From Octopus vulgaris (Eukaryota), in NCBI GenBank assembly GCA_951406725.2, contig OX597821.1:32488001-32552000 (forward strand): a stretch of DNA of 64,000 nucleotides. Direction: 5' to 3'. Positions 23,508 to 38,273 of the stretch are shown here, in pieces. The notes below the pieces were generated by a model. That model ran no database searches. It saw nothing but the letters and a program-made list of their open reading frames with translations, and was not told the origin of the DNA. Every line of letters begins with the position of its first letter. Position 1 is the stretch's first letter. The position numbers and the translations under genes are program-made.

Positions 23508-24177
23508 TCCTTTCCTGAAGTGTGTATACATTTTTGGGACAGATTCTGTATGTATGTGTGTGTGTGAGTGTGTCTGTATCCGTGTGACTGTGCGTTTGTG
23601 TGAGACAGTATGTTTGTGTAATTTTGTGGCTGAGTCTGTGAGTGGGTACGTGCATGTATGCAGTACGTTAGCGTTCGAACGTCTGTATGCGCATGTATGT
23701 ATTTTCATACTTGTATGTGAATGTATGTGTGTGTATTTGTGTGTTTATGAGATTTAAGTATCGTTCGTCTTGACCAAAGAATTTAAATTTTTCGTGTCTG
23801 TAATTATGACATCATAATATAAATAAAGTTTCTCGAGGGTTTTAGTTTCGAAAATCTTCAGTCTCTTTCAACCTTTCACGGTGATAAAAGGTTAGAGAAT
23901 GTGTGCACCAGGAGGCGTATCCAAGCATTTGAAGACTAGTGTGAAGTGAGAGTCATCTTCACCTTGTTTTCAGTGTTTTGGGGCATGTTTTATGCACCTT
24001 TAAGTTCTTAACCACCCAATATAACATGCTGGCTGGTCGCATAACATAGTCACAAAATGTACGGTAGTGTTACTGTAACCGTATGAAATTTTAACCAGGT
24101 GATTCTAGTACAGGAAATCTGGTGGGGCACAACCAGAAATATTACTCACACTGAATATATTTCAGCAGAATAACTAA

Positions 24178-24574
24178 TCTTTATATATAAAATTGAGGTT
24201 GTGTGATGTCTGTCTCCTACGATTTAGATTCCTAACTACTCCCACATTTTGTGGTGCAGTTTAACCAAAACCGGGTATCTTATAGTCGTGATTTATATCG
24301 AGCCTTTCTGGGTATTAGCGCGCGTCTACGATGAGTCTACGATTTTTAAAAAAATTACCATCAATTTTTCACATTTTTAATGCATTTTTGGCATATATAA
24401 GGGAAGTAACTCTCTAAAAATGTATTATTAAATCTCAGAACGTAAAAAGCTACAGTAACACCCCCCCTCTTTGTGGTTAGCCATATTGAAATGGCTATTA
24501 TACTTTACATCTCCAAAAATGCTTATATAGTTATTTCCCTTACAAACCCGAGCAACGCCGGGCGATACTGCTAG
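24178..24574 (+). mobile_element. Non-autonomous Helitron
   Basis: 5' A|TCtttatatataaaa, subterminal hairpin cccgagcaacgccggg, 3' CTAG|T, no TSD. Confidence 0.88.
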
Positions 24575-24911
24575 TGGTAAATAATTCTCTAAAGAGAAAT
24601 AACAATAACGTTAAATAACAATCAAAATAATTGTTATTTAGCATATAATTCAAGCAATTGACAAAAGAATATGACTATAGGCATGGTGAGAATTTTAATG
24701 AGAATTTAGTTTGAGCATCTGTTCAAGTTACTTCTATAATAAATCAGCATGTATTCTTCATTCAATGAACATGGTGAGTATCTTCATTAAAAATAAGTTT
24801 TCCTCTTAAAATGTTTGAGCATTTCAAAATTTTACGTATTGAAGCAACATTTATTCTTCATTCGGTTTTCAATATATTATGTACGTACGGCAAGTATTTT
24901 AATTAAAAAAT

Positions 24912-25330
24912 GGTATCTTCTCGGTTTGAACGGCAGTTTTTTCTAGCGGTGTCATATGAAATTGTCACCCATAATTATGACCCTAGAATTAATCTACTGC
25001 ATTTCAATCTCTTTTAGGGTTAGGGTTAGGGGTGGGGAAAGGGTATCTTTTTTTCTTCACAAATGTAAATAAACCCAATCTGTTTCTTAAACGAGGGACA
25101 TATTCATACGGCACAGAATGCTTTTTAACTCAATAGACGTCACTGATTGGTTGAAATTGCAGAGATTGAAGAAAAAAAAACAACAAATATCTTACAAACT
25201 ATAGAATTTTCTGAATAAATCCAAGAGAAAAATATTTTTTATAAGCACATTCTGCCAGTATACGAAGTTAAAAATTTTTTAGTTACCTAGAAATTATGTT
25301 AAAAACTGCCGTTCAAACCGAAAAGATCCA
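24912..25330 (+). mobile_element. Second full copy of the GGGATC-TIR MITE
   Basis: Colinear with 19344-19789. Internal ttagggttagggttagggg; AAAAAT on both flanks (24906-24911, 25331-25336). Confidence 0.88.
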
Positions 25331-25762
25331 AAAAATGTTTATTGCTCAAAATGTCTGAGCATTTAAAATGTTACTTCTATAACAAAGCAACATTCTTCAT
25401 TCGATGTTCGATATACTTCTAGAACATGGCAAGTATTCCTAATGTTTAGCATTTTTTTTAAATATTTCTACACTAAAACATTCTCAATTAGATGTTCGAT
25501 ATATTGCACATATCCCAATTGTTTCCAACATGTGACCACACACATCTTCGGTTATAAGTGTCTAATGTTTCTGGGGTTTTGTGTGTGAGAGAATGTGCGT
25601 GTGTTTAAGTTGAAGCGTTTAGCTATTGGTCTCTATCACTCATTCTCTCTCACTCCTCTCTCTCTCTCTCTCTCTCTCCCTCTTTCTCTCTTTCTAGATG
25701 TCTTAATTTGAATCTCTGTCATAGACACCCTCAAACACCCATTCTTTTTCTCTTTTTCTATC

Positions 25763-25813
<51 letters not shown>

Positions 25814-25849
25814 GCTAGCTAGCTAGCTAGCTAGCTAGCTATCTATCCT

Positions 25850-26515
25850 CCTGTCCGTTTTTCAGTCTATTTGTTTACCTACCTCCCAATCTCTGTCTCA
25901 CGAGCGTGGGAGGAACATATGGGGCTTTTCGGAGTAGTTCATCCGCCTCGGTCCTCACCTGGGAAGCTCTCAACTGTGGCTCGTTACCCGTAGCTGCTCT
26001 GCATGCAAATTCAGCCACACCCTTGTCAATGGCTTCGACAATCCACTTAAACCTTGGTGAGGGTAGCCGAATGCTTTCAACCCCTGGTGTGCAAGGGCTT
26101 GTCTGCTTATGCATGGAAAGTACTGGAACAGGCGGAATGTACAGAGGAAACCACGAGATTATTTCAACAGGCAGGAAGGCAGACCAGCAAGCATTGTGAG
26201 GAGCCAACAGGGCCAAGTGAGACACGAGGGCCATTGCGACCTTCTGAGAGGAGAAGGAAGAAAGAATGAATTGCTTTGCCCTGCCTAAGATCCTTTTCTC
26301 GTTACGCAGTGCGCTGTTACTCACTCATAGACCACCTCAGTGATATCGATAACACCTTCTGGCGCTACACTGAACTGATCTGCAATGTCAGACTTAACAG
26401 CGTTGGCTGGTAACAGGCTGAACGGCCTGTTAAATTTGGAGCCTTGGCCCCGTTTCTGCATTGGTCCTCTCATTGTGTCTGTCCCCGCATTTATAATGGG
26501 GTAAATGTGTGTGTG
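25850..26515. mobile_element. GC-richer interspersed-repeat-like segment, possibly a LINE 5' UTR relic; unclassified
   Basis: Sharp compositional shift bounded by (TCTA)/(CTAG)n and (TG)n tracts. No convincing protein motif. Confidence 0.3.
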
Positions 26516-26829
26516 TAACAAGTACTCCATCGGTTACAATGTAATTGACTATTCTCCGCCCACCAAATGTCAGGACTTGTGCCTATAGTAGAAAGGATTA
26601 TAATTCATTGCAAAAACAATCATGTGTGTGTGTGTGTGTGTGTGATTAAGTTTATTTCAATATTTCTTGCAAATAGAGAAAGAACCGCTTTCTAACTTAG
26701 ATCCAAGGCTCCTTCATTGGAATTTCAACATCAACAATAGTGTATGTATGTAAGTATGTATGTGTGTATGTATGTATGTATGTATGTATGTATGTATGTA
26801 CAGATTTGTATGTTTTATGTATGTATTCT

Positions 26830-27126
26830 CATGCATGTAGTTGCATATCTAGACATGCTCCATATATATTTAAATGATAAAAATGATAAACTTCCGGTAA
26901 GTTTTACAGATTTTTGCAGTTCCACTGATGGATTGGATCTGTAGACTTTGAAGTAGCTTTCTCCTTTCTGGTTTTTAGAAGCCTAATTTCTCAAGATTGG
27001 TATTTGGGCAGTGTGTCACATTATCCCAGGGCCCCAATAATTACAGGTATAAACCTGAACTTGTAACCTGGGTAGAGTAACTGCAGATTTCTCAATAGTT
27101 CAGCATAGGTGTTCTATTTTCTTTTG
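26830..27126 (-). mobile_element. R4/Dong-type LINE 3' end (restriction-like endonuclease C-terminus)
   Basis: Minus-strand translation TYAELLRNLQLLYPGYKFRFIPVIIGALG...NLEKLGF..LQIQSISGTAKICKT; flanked by (TATG)n. Confidence 0.7.
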
Positions 27127-27439
27127 CATGTATGTATGTGTGTATGTATGTATGTATGTATGTATGTATGTATGTATGTATGTATGTATGTATGTATGTA
27201 CACAGATATTGAGTGGCCTGGCTAAATTTGGAGGTCTTCTATACCTGCTTATTTCAGGAAGAGCTTGACGTATTGGTGAACAGTCAACGGCGTTGGAAAT
27301 CATAGAGCAAAATTGTGCTTTAGAAAAACCTAGCTGACAAGGGGCACTAGAATAGAAAAGAAAAATGTTACGTCTACCAAGTTGATTCGCGCCGGGCATC
27401 CGAATGCTCACATCATGACTGCTATTCAATGCTATGTAT

Positions 27440-28097
27440 ACATTGTAAATGTAAGACGTGGGAATGGCGGATACAACGGTGAGTACGAAATTGTAGCCTA
27501 TAGGAATTGACACAACAGGCGTTCTAACTGCTCCCTCAAGCTGGAATTCATCCAACAACATGGTCTTAGTCCTAATTCAGGGTCTTAGGCTTAATTCAGA
27601 CGACCCTGTGAAGTTGCAGGAGATTGCAGTCAAACCCTGGCAAGGACCCGAATTCTGTTGGAAGGTCATTTATGTGGCAACAGAATTCGGGTCCTTGCCA
27701 TACCTCAGGAAAGATTCAGAAGTATCTGTTGGAGAATTATAAAGGCTTCATCTGCCCTATTGCCTGGCCTTCTGTTTCTTCCAGTTCTAATCCCATCGAT
27801 TACTATGTTTTGAAAGACACCAACCGCTTTGCTTGCAACACCAAAGTCGCGCTGTTAGCCAACATCAAGGAAGTGTTCGAATATCTTCCCAGGAATATAG
27901 TGAGGGATGCATGCGCCAGTTTCTGTGCCCATCAAGAGGCCAAGATGGAAGCTGGGGGCAGCTACTTTGAGTAAATTGTTATCTCCGAACTATGATTTAA
28001 TTGATGTATTTTGGCCTATTTAGATGTTTTTATTTTTCGTTGGGATATTGTTTTTTTTTTCTTTCTGCAAACTGTCAATATTATCCCTAACACCCAG
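27440..28097 (+). mobile_element. Degenerate, internally deleted Tc1/mariner-superfamily transposase (mariner/maT-like DDD)
   Basis: WQQNSGPCHTSGKIQKYL...WPSVSSSSNPIDYYV...ACASF...EAGGSYFE corresponds to QQDSAPxH...WPPxSPDLNPxDY...A.GGYFE. Confidence 0.75.
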
Positions 28098-28171
28098 CGC
28101 ATATATGTGTGTGTGTGTGTATGTGCGTGTGCATATTTATATATATATGTGTATATATATATGTGTATATA

Positions 28172-28224
<53 letters not shown>

Positions 28225-28249
28225 GTATGTATATATATATATGTATATT

Positions 28250-28283
<34 letters not shown>

Positions 28284-28371
28284 ATATTGTTTGTATGTGT
28301 ATGTCCGTGTCAGTATGTGTAGGTGAGTATGTTTGTGTGGGTGTGTGTGTTTGTGTATGTGTGTGTGTATG

Positions 28372-28409
<38 letters not shown>

Positions 28410-31400
28410 TATATGTATATGTATGTATATATATATATATATGTATGTATGTATGTATATTATGTATGTATGTGTGTGTGTGTGTGTGTCCGTGTCAGTA
28501 TGTGTGGGAGAGTGTGTGTGTGCGTGTGTGTGCGTGTGTGTGCGTGTGTGTTTGTGCGTGGGTGTGTGTGTGGTATTTAACACTCAAGGCATTAATCACC
28601 TCGAAGCCGGAGCAGAAGACTTTGCCGAAGGTGATAAACAATTTAACGGAATAAAGATCCACATAGCTACGAGGCGAACATTTTAACCTTTTCAACTTTT
28701 ACCTGATAAGAAAATAAGGATGCAGTGTAGCATATTACGGTGTTTTAAAGCTTTACCAACATAATTTTACTGTAGCAGAATAAGATAACGTTTTCCATTT
28801 CGTTCCATAGTTTAAGACTGTTTACTTTTTGACGTAAAGTAAAAAAAAAATTGATAACTCTGAAAATAGAAGCAGTGGCATGACTATGACAAGGCCTACA
28901 GCTTTCAGAGATACCGTCTCCTATGACTGCACATTCGATATTACGTATGATTTATATCATTCTAAAGCATCAAATGTCTCCTAATAAAATACTATTTCAT
29001 AAGAAATTATGTATTTCATGATACTCAATAAACTCCCAACCCTTTCAAAATAACTGAAGAAATTCCACAGTTACTAATAGATTAGTGATGATTTAACAGT
29101 TAGATGGATAACCCTACGACTTGAGTTTTTTTTTTTCTTATCTACTTCATATGTGCGTTTCCATTTACTTCTTGTGCAGTTGAGGTGACATACGAAAGAG
29201 AAGGCGGAGGGATTTATCTCCCTTAGCAGAAAATGCAAAATCTTACTACTGCCGCCCTCTATCTATTTTGTTTTCGTCTTCATAATTTCGTTTCTTACAA
29301 TTTGGTGACGTCTTTCTACATAGAATATATACACAAATACTTATAAACAAAATCTGCTGACCAGGTCCTCAAACATCGGAGTTTTCTACAAATTAAAGTA
29401 CATATATATAATTTTGTCTGTCTCAGATGTTTAAAAACAAGGGTTAAGAATGTGAAGTGAGTTGATCAAAGCTACTCCACTTTTTTATTTCGACCTCTCT
29501 GGTAAATATCCAAAAGATATTTTCACCATTTTTACATTTCTGTTGGGAATGTTTAATAAATCAAGGGACAGGCGGATTATTTGCTGAGAAAGCTCGGACT
29601 ACTATGAACGACCACATGCAGGCTCAAGTGTTGTTGTGTTGTTGTTATTGTTGTTGTTGCTCTTGTTGTTTATCACTGTTTAGAGCACAGGTTTTTCGGT
29701 TGTAACTATCACGTTTTATACGTGTGCAAAACATAGGCCTCCATTATCTAAAACACCCTTTCGTAAGATGGTAGAATGTGACTTGAGAGTGATTTGCCCG
29801 CTAATACCAGTGAGATAAATATGTAGAGACTCATTTATTCGGATCGTAAACGTCCGTGGTTGATAAGCTGTAGCGAATTTTTAAAAAGTTTTGGTGAATG
29901 ACGAAATATTCCAAGAGTGAAACTGTTAGAAATATTGCGTAAAAATTATTGCTAATTATGGATTTACGATTTAAACACGTGCAACAGATACAAAATTAAA
30001 TAATAAATGTCATTGGTAGATCTAGGTAATCCTGTGTTCTTCAGTGTTGTAGAAATGAAGAAAAGAAGACGGGTGAAAGATATCTAAGATCCGCATGAGT
30101 TAAGTAACTGAGATCAAGAGTCAATGGTTAAATATTTGGGTGCACCGGAAAATTAGTAGCAGTCACAAATAGTTTAAGAATGTAGTTTAAGAATGTAGTT
30201 GAAGAATACTTTTTAAATATTGAAGTCAAAAATACCTCAGAAGCATTTTTAACATAAAAAAGAAGCATTTTTAACGTAAAACAGAATATAAATTAAATAC
30301 ATATTTGTTCAGTGTTTTGTGTTTATGCATATTATACAATAGAAAACACGACTGAGGCCGAATGAAATTAACTGAGCTACGAGTGATCAGACTCATATCC
30401 CCGGTGTACTCAAATATTCAAAACCCGTTACGACCTTAGCTATCTGACAATCCTTGCTGATTTGAAGTGCCATTGGCCCTTCTTCCACCATTCATCTCTT
30501 CAGTCAACACTCAAGACCAAAGTTTAACTCAGATCTACCATTAAAATCAGTGCTTAAATAATAAAATGATTTACCATCCAAGTTAAATTTCAAGCCAGTG
30601 AGGACTCAATGGATTCTCAATAACTAATTAAGAAATATAGAAACCATATTTAGTTTATATATTAAACGTAATTACGAAAGGAAGCTCAGCCAACATATAT
30701 TTCCACAAGCATTACATTAAATACCAAAGTGTCGTATTTGGTTCAAGAGCCGCAGTTTTGCAAGCCTTAATAAAGAGGGTCCAAATAAATACTGAGAGAA
30801 TGCTGGAATTAGCTTTTTTAATTACACATTAGCTTTTTTAATTACACGTCCAGGAAACCATTTCATTACATACATGGTATTCTGTATGGATTTACAAGTA
30901 ATGAAAGTCACAACACTAAAACAACTTTTTCCAAATGAAATAACAAGGAGAAAGCATTTGTATAGGTCTATTCCCTTGATAGAGGCAGAAAGAAAATAAT
31001 TCTCAAATCGTACAAGATACACTGGATATCAAGCAAACATAGGTTTGCTTGATCAAAACTACAGAAAAGAAAAGAGCAACCGAAATAACATCAAAACAAC
31101 TAAACTAAAACTACAGAAATAACTAAATATCTTAAGTTTAGCAACTCTGTTAGAACGAAATATTTGTTCAATTAAAATAATGGAAAAGAACATAGGTTGT
31201 TATTGCTGTTGTGGTTCTTGTTGATTTTATTGTTGTTGCCGTTTAGCCTTCAGGTTAGCCCTGATCAAGTAGAACTATGATCAAACGCGTTCCAGCTGCG
31301 TTCAGTCCGTTTTAGTTTGTTTCTTTACCTCATTGTTTGAATTTTTCCGATCATAGAACTACATAATTTGCTGCTCTCTTGTGATAGTAAGACGGTAGAG

Positions 31401-31813
31401 GAGAGAAGGCGATGTAACTGCTATTTCTGTCAGCCTGAGCGACAGAATAAAGCAGAGGCTCCAACGCTGGCGAGCTAGTTACCGCTGAAAAGAATATTTC
31501 TCACTAATGGTCACGAAGAAGAAGAACAACAACAACAACAAAAGATCAAAAGACTCGACCTGCACTGGTACGTTTCTGAATTACTTCCAGTAAGATGAAA
31601 GCTAACTTTTGAAAACCTCAACGAAAAGTTAATTCGTTTGTCTCTATTGCATTACATAGTTATTTGGTGTGTTTTTGTAAACAACTATACTCACTCTTAG
31701 ACAGAAATTGATATCTTCTTTCTTTTCTACTCATTTCTCTCTCGCTTGTACAGTCCTAATGCCAACTTATATACACACACATATACATATATATATATAT
31801 ATACACACACACA

Positions 31814-31882
<69 letters not shown>

Positions 31883-31911
31883 CAAACATATACATATATG
31901 ATATATCAAAC

Positions 31912-31948
<37 letters not shown>

Positions 31949-32598
31949 AAAAACATATACATACATGTATACAATGAAACATACGTACGTAGAAACAAAT
32001 ACGTACATTTAAATCTATGCTTATGTCTATGGGAGTGTTTGTACGTTTGAATATAAGCGTCACATACATACCGGAACAAAAGCGTAGGTAGAGAGTGAAC
32101 GAATAGGATAGATAGATAGATAGATGGATAGATAGATATACAGACGTGTGTTTGCGCGATCATGTGTGTTTGTGTGTGAATGTGCGTGTTTGTGTGTTGT
32201 TTGTATGTGTGTTTGCTTTCAGTTATGTTCGTTTGTATATGTAACTAATCATGATTTTCTACGTATACAGTTCTATATATTCGTGTATTTTCTATTGAAT
32301 TGATTTCTATACTTTACCTCTATTGGTTCGATTGACTTCTACTGACATAGCATTTCAAATGTTTGAAGAATTCTTTAGCAGACATCCATCGACAGAACCG
32401 ATGTCTTGCTGCTGTTTTTGGCTGCCGATTTTTTAGTTATATATATATATCTTCTTGGATTGAGGTGACTTACGATCGAATGAGTTTTAGTGGTGACCAT
32501 CTAGTTTTATTTCATATTGCGATATGTCATATTTACAACTACGTAGACATCCATCGATAATACCAATGCATTTTTGTTGTTGTTGTCGTTGCTGCTGC

Positions 32599-32674
<76 letters not shown>

Positions 32675-33065
32675 GGTGGTGGTTGATGTTTATTCAGTTA
32701 TACAGCTACTCGGATCGAGCTCTAACTGTGATAATCCAATCTTATTTTATATTGAGATATAGCAGCTACATCAATGCAAAGCTTGGGAAAAGTTAGCTGA
32801 AGACAGAACAGCATTGAGTACCTAAGTGAAAAAAAAGGAATCAAAGAACTCGAGGAAAAAAAATCACTCTGGCCCTCGTAGCAAAACTGCAATGAAAGAC
32901 AAATTACCATAGCTCTGGAGCATCTTCCTTGCTTTCAGACTTTACAGCAGAACTTACTTATCAGACATCAGAAGAACTGGTCTTGAAAGAAGCTGTGGGA
33001 AGTAGACTACGAATACCTAATTAAGACATTTTCCACTGCTAAGACCGTCTGGCGATACGTAAAGA

Positions 33066-33204
33066 TATTTCTTTATTGCCCACAAGGGGCTAAACATAGA
33101 GGGAAGAAACAAGAACAGACAAAGGAATAAAGTCGATTACATCGACCCCAGTGCATAACTGGTATTTAATTTATCGACCCCGAAAGAATGAAAGGCAAAG
33201 TCGA
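33066..33204 (-). mobile_element. SINE family B, 3' part
   Basis: tttctttattgcccacaaggggctaaac...gtcgattacatcgaccccagtgc.taactggt...ttatcgaccccgaaagaatgaaaggcaaagtcga. Confidence 0.75.
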
Positions 33205-34315
33205 AGGTAAAGAGCCATATATAAACCACATCTACAAGCATGTTATTCAAGGCATCCTTTCTTTTCAAAGCCTGGTAGGGTAAAATTCAAAGCAGGGTTT
33301 GCTTGCTTCTGTTGTACGAACAAGTGCCCAGTGATTGACTACACTGATGCTTCATCATAGTATACTTCACGCTTGTATGTATGCAAAACCTAATATAAAT
33401 GCATAGTTCCGGGTGATTATGTTGCACGTATCATTGTAACTGTTGTAGATTTATATCCCAGGATTGTTTTACTGATTTCATTCAGTCGACTATATTCCCA
33501 GAATAAGATAGTTTACTCTAATTCATATTGTTCTTAGTTTAAATTCTAAAATACAATTACCAGTCCCAGCTAATCGATCCGACACCGAACCAGTTCTTTC
33601 TATTATCTTTTCAAAGCTTATAAATACTACAGAATCCTTCGCTCCAATCACAGTCGCAATCAACCACCGTCTGATATTCTTGTAGATTGATATTTTGTAA
33701 ATAATAAACATGCATACATACACCCATACACAAGCACAAACTCACACACAAACACGGACACTCACAAAGCACGGACACTCACAAAACACGGACACTCACA
33801 AAACACGTACATTAAAGCATGTAATGTAAATATAGTTAATTTAAAATTCAAATACTTTTCTTCAAATATTTTATATAGCCCAGCTTTATTTTTATAATTA
33901 TACAGCCATGTCGGCCATAGTTTCAGCAAAATAGTAACATTTCATGGTTTAGCAATTAAGTAGTCGATGATAAATTAAATTCAAAGATAATTATATTCAA
34001 ATTGAAGGACATAAAGTAACAATAGATCTCAGGTAATGCCAAATTACCATTTTTAATTCCAACTTGGAGATTATTTACAATCTTCGTTTAAAGTTAGAAT
34101 ATTGTCCGGCTTCTCATTTTGATATAAGAAATTTCATTAATCAATTCCATCTTGTATAGTATTAAGACCAAAACTGTGTCATAAACAATTTCGCATAGAA
34201 AATGGCTCTGACATAGGAAGCCTTAACGAAATCATATATCCTACTCAAATATATAATAGGGTTGCATTCACTGTTACTTATAAATTACCGTTGTGGAAAG
34301 TGTTTGAATACATAT

Positions 34316-34352
<37 letters not shown>

Positions 34353-34369
34353 CATACATACATATATAC

Positions 34370-34415
<46 letters not shown>

Positions 34416-34421
34416 TTATAC

Positions 34422-34454
<33 letters not shown>

Positions 34455-34616
34455 CATAATATATATATATATACACATAATACATATATATATAGATATA
34501 TATATATGTTTATATATATATGTATATATATGTATATATATATATATATATATACATAATATATATATATGTATTATGTATAAGCATATGTATATATATA
34601 TGTATATGTATGTATA

Positions 34617-34649
<33 letters not shown>

Positions 34650-35074
34650 GTTTATATATATATATAAATATATATATATATACACATATATACATATATA
34701 TATACATATATATATATATACATATACTTACACGCGCGTGTGTGAGTGTTTTGCAGCGTTCTACAGAGTAATCTACTTATATTTCTTTATGAGAATGGTC
34801 CCGGATATCTCTAAATGAATTTCCAAACACTGGAAAAAGAATTGCCAATTTCAGTATAAGAAACGCTATACGTTCCATAATACATGTCATTATCTGACGG
34901 AAAATATCCAATCATATATTCGGTAAGTGGTAAAATGTTGGGATTTTTATCGCCATTCTCGCATAATGCCACATTTTATCGTTCATATCACTCGATTTTA
35001 TATATGTGTGCTTGTGTGTGTGTGTGTGTGTATGTGCTAGTGTGTATGTGTGTGTTTGCGCATACATATATATG

Positions 35075-35174
<100 letters not shown>

Positions 35175-35233
35175 CATGCCTATATATATGCATATATTTT
35201 TATATATAAAAGCATATACAAGCATATATATGC

Positions 35234-35272
<39 letters not shown>

Positions 35273-35994
35273 GATATGCACGTATGTATGTATGCCTGCA
35301 AGTATGTATGTATGAATGTATAGATATATATTTTTCTGCTGCTTTAAATAAAGTATATATATATATATATCCGCCTTTGTAACGTTTATCTGTCCGAATG
35401 TTTTATTGTCCTCTATTGCGTTTTTGTTACATTTTTTATATGTATATATACATATATATCGGCGTACGTACACACTTGTGCCCCCCCCCCACCTTATAGT
35501 AGGTATGTATCTAAATTTTGTGCGACACTTACTGTATCTTTTAGTCCCCCTCATACATTCTTCCTTTTTTTCTTTTTCTCGCTCCCCCCTCTTCTCTCTC
35601 TCACACATATTTCTTGGTCCTATCTTTCTTTAATTCTCACCTCTTCCCCCTCGTTAATCTCCGTTGTACCTTTCTCTTCGTCTCTGATTTTTTCTTTTTC
35701 TAATCCTTTAATCCCGTTGCCCCTACCCCTCTCTCCTCCTCCCACATTATCTCTGTCCGACCAGCCATGATCTTTCTTTCTTTGACTGATGCTGACCGCC
35801 AACACTCCATCTATGTTCCTGCTTTTAGGCTTTCACTTCATACACACCAGCTCAGTTTAATTCGTTCTCAGTCGAAAGACACCTGTTGTTATTTCTTTGT
35901 TGTTTGTATTTGTAATTGCATACCATGTTCTCTGTTGTTTTTCATTGTTGCCGTACACATTCTCTAGCTTTCTTACAAAAACATCTAATGCTCT

Positions 35995-36562
35995 TAACTT
36001 AGTCGAACAAATTGACCCGAGGTCTTATTCTTTGTAAGCCTAGTACTTATTCTATCGGCATCTTTTGTAACACAGACACACAAACATATCCAAATTCACC
36101 TCCATATGCCCACAACCTTGGAAAAGAAAGGACGTGCTTATACTGTCTCCTTCATAAGCTCGTCGTCCGCGCGGTCAGAATATTTCTTCTGTCGTCTCGA
36201 CTTAACAACCCTCACCGTTTGTTTTTACTGTTTTGTTCTCACTGTCCTGTTCTTGCTACCAATTTCACCCTCCGCAAAAATTCCAAATTTTATTTAATTT
36301 GCTTTGCGGGAAGGACTGCTTTAATGAAGTCGTATCTTGTCCTTGCCTTCGAAACTTGGAGTAGATGAAACAGGGACAACTCTGGTGTTTTTTTTCGTTG
36401 TTCGAAAAAAGTTCGTTACTATATTTTTGTTTTTATGTCTGCAATTCTGATTGTGTTCAACGTTTTTCTTGATGATCTGTACCCATATATGCATATATAT
36501 ATAGATATCTATGTATGTATGTACATATATGTATGTGTATATTCATACATTTATATATTACT

Positions 36563-36616
<54 letters not shown>

Positions 36617-36790
36617 TTACATACATACGACAAGCTTCTTTCAGTTTCCGTCTACCAAATCCACTCAAAAGTCTTTGGTCAGCCCCAGGTTATAGTAGAA
36701 GATACTTGCCCAAGGTGTCACGCAGTGGGACTGAGCCAGCAACCACGTTGTTGGGAATCAAGCTTCTTACCACAAAGCCATGCCTGAACC
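35995..36790 (-). mobile_element. SINE family A split by an insertion in its internal microsatellite
   Basis: 3' part at ~35995-36090 (ttattctttgtaagcctagtacttattctatcgg) and 5' part at ~36625-36790 (ttcagtttccgtctaccaaatccactca...cttgcccaaggtgtcacgcagtgggactga). Confidence 0.7.
36095..36486 (+). mobile_element. Insert within the SINE with a decayed hammerhead-like motif (~36316-36364); possibly Penelope-derived
   Basis: CTGCTT-TAATGA-AG...CTTC-GAAAC-TTG-GAGTAG; 3' end runs into a TA-rich tract. Confidence 0.35.
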
Positions 36791-36873
36791 CATAAATATA
36801 TATATATATATATCATACATATATATAACTATATATATATAACAAGTATTATGTATGTATGTAAATACGTATG

Positions 36874-36907
<34 letters not shown>

Positions 36908-38106
36908 TGTATGTATGTATGTATGTATGTATGTATGTATGTGTGTATATGTGTCCACCCAGACTTACTTTTTTGTCAAATAAATCTGTTCGATATTTTT
37001 GTACTTGACACTACACTGTCATGTCTGAAATGAAGTGAAATTTATTCAAATTAAAACAAAAAAACTATAGAAGCTGCAAAAACTATAATACAATAAAAAA
37101 TTATTTTTCGTGCTTAATCAAGTAACATTGGAAAAGATTAACATAAACGAATTTTTTCTGAGAACTCAATACATATGGTGTATATGACAGTAATTGAGAC
37201 CGTGATTATAAACAGTCTACTTGCTAATTGAGATTTCTACTGCATCTCTGTTCGTAGATAAGCGGCAGAAGTGCTGAGAAGTGAAATTGCACATGTGATT
37301 GCTTCAGTTTCATTACGAGTTCTCGGATCGGATCAGTAGCCACAGCACACGGGCACGGAACCGATATGTATGATCGGTTGTCTGTGTCTGCTCGTTCCTA
37401 TGTGTGTCTATGTGTGTGTGTGTATGTATGTATGTATGTATGTATGTATGTATGTATGTATGTATGTATGTATGTATGTACGCATGCATGTATGTATGTA
37501 TGTTTGTATGCATGCATGTATGTATGTATGTTTGTATGTGTGTGTATGCATGCATGTGTGTATGTATGTATGAATGTATGTATGTGTCTGACTGTGTGTT
37601 CATAAATATATAAAAAATCTACTTAATTCATTCAAAGTCGAAATATAAAACGGGTCAGGATACTTTATTTGACGGGATGTTATAAAACATCAATATTTTC
37701 AATATATTTTTATAATCGTATGACGAAGGACTGTCTTTCGCAGAATGAATCAAATACATTGTTCATATTGAGATGCTCCAGATCCGTTCACAATTTCTGT
37801 GGAAGATTAATCTGTTTTGGTGATCACATCAAATACTGAAATCCATGATTCGAAATATTCTAAGAAAAGAGATTAACCAACTGACGTAGGAGGTGGAAGG
37901 ATAAATAGCAAATACCGACGTGAGGAAGGAAATGAAGGTGTTTGACCTGTTTGTGACATTGACATACGCAAAGTGAAAGGGAATGGGTTTGTGGATATAT
38001 AATAATGATGGAGAACTCGTGAGGATATTTTATATTTCTACCACGGTACGATTACTACTAAGCCCACGCTACCATTACATATTGAAGTATATGATACAAA
38101 ATTGAT

Positions 38107-38200
<94 letters not shown>

Positions 38201-38240
38201 TAATTGAGTGATTGATTGGTTGATGGATGGATTGATGGAC

Positions 38241-38273
<33 letters not shown>

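Noticed and set aside
25875-26324. 149-aa ORF as a host gene
   Set aside because: No recognisable motif, overlapping ORFs on both strands, and it lies in a repeat-like GC-richer block.
28011-28695. Many ORFs such as [26 protein letters not shown] here and throughout the window
   Set aside because: They are translations of (TA)n, (TG)n, (GATA)n and (CATA)n microsatellites.
33523-33680. Mariner N-terminal relic (ERTGSVSDR)
   Set aside because: Single short motif without TIRs; too weak to annotate.
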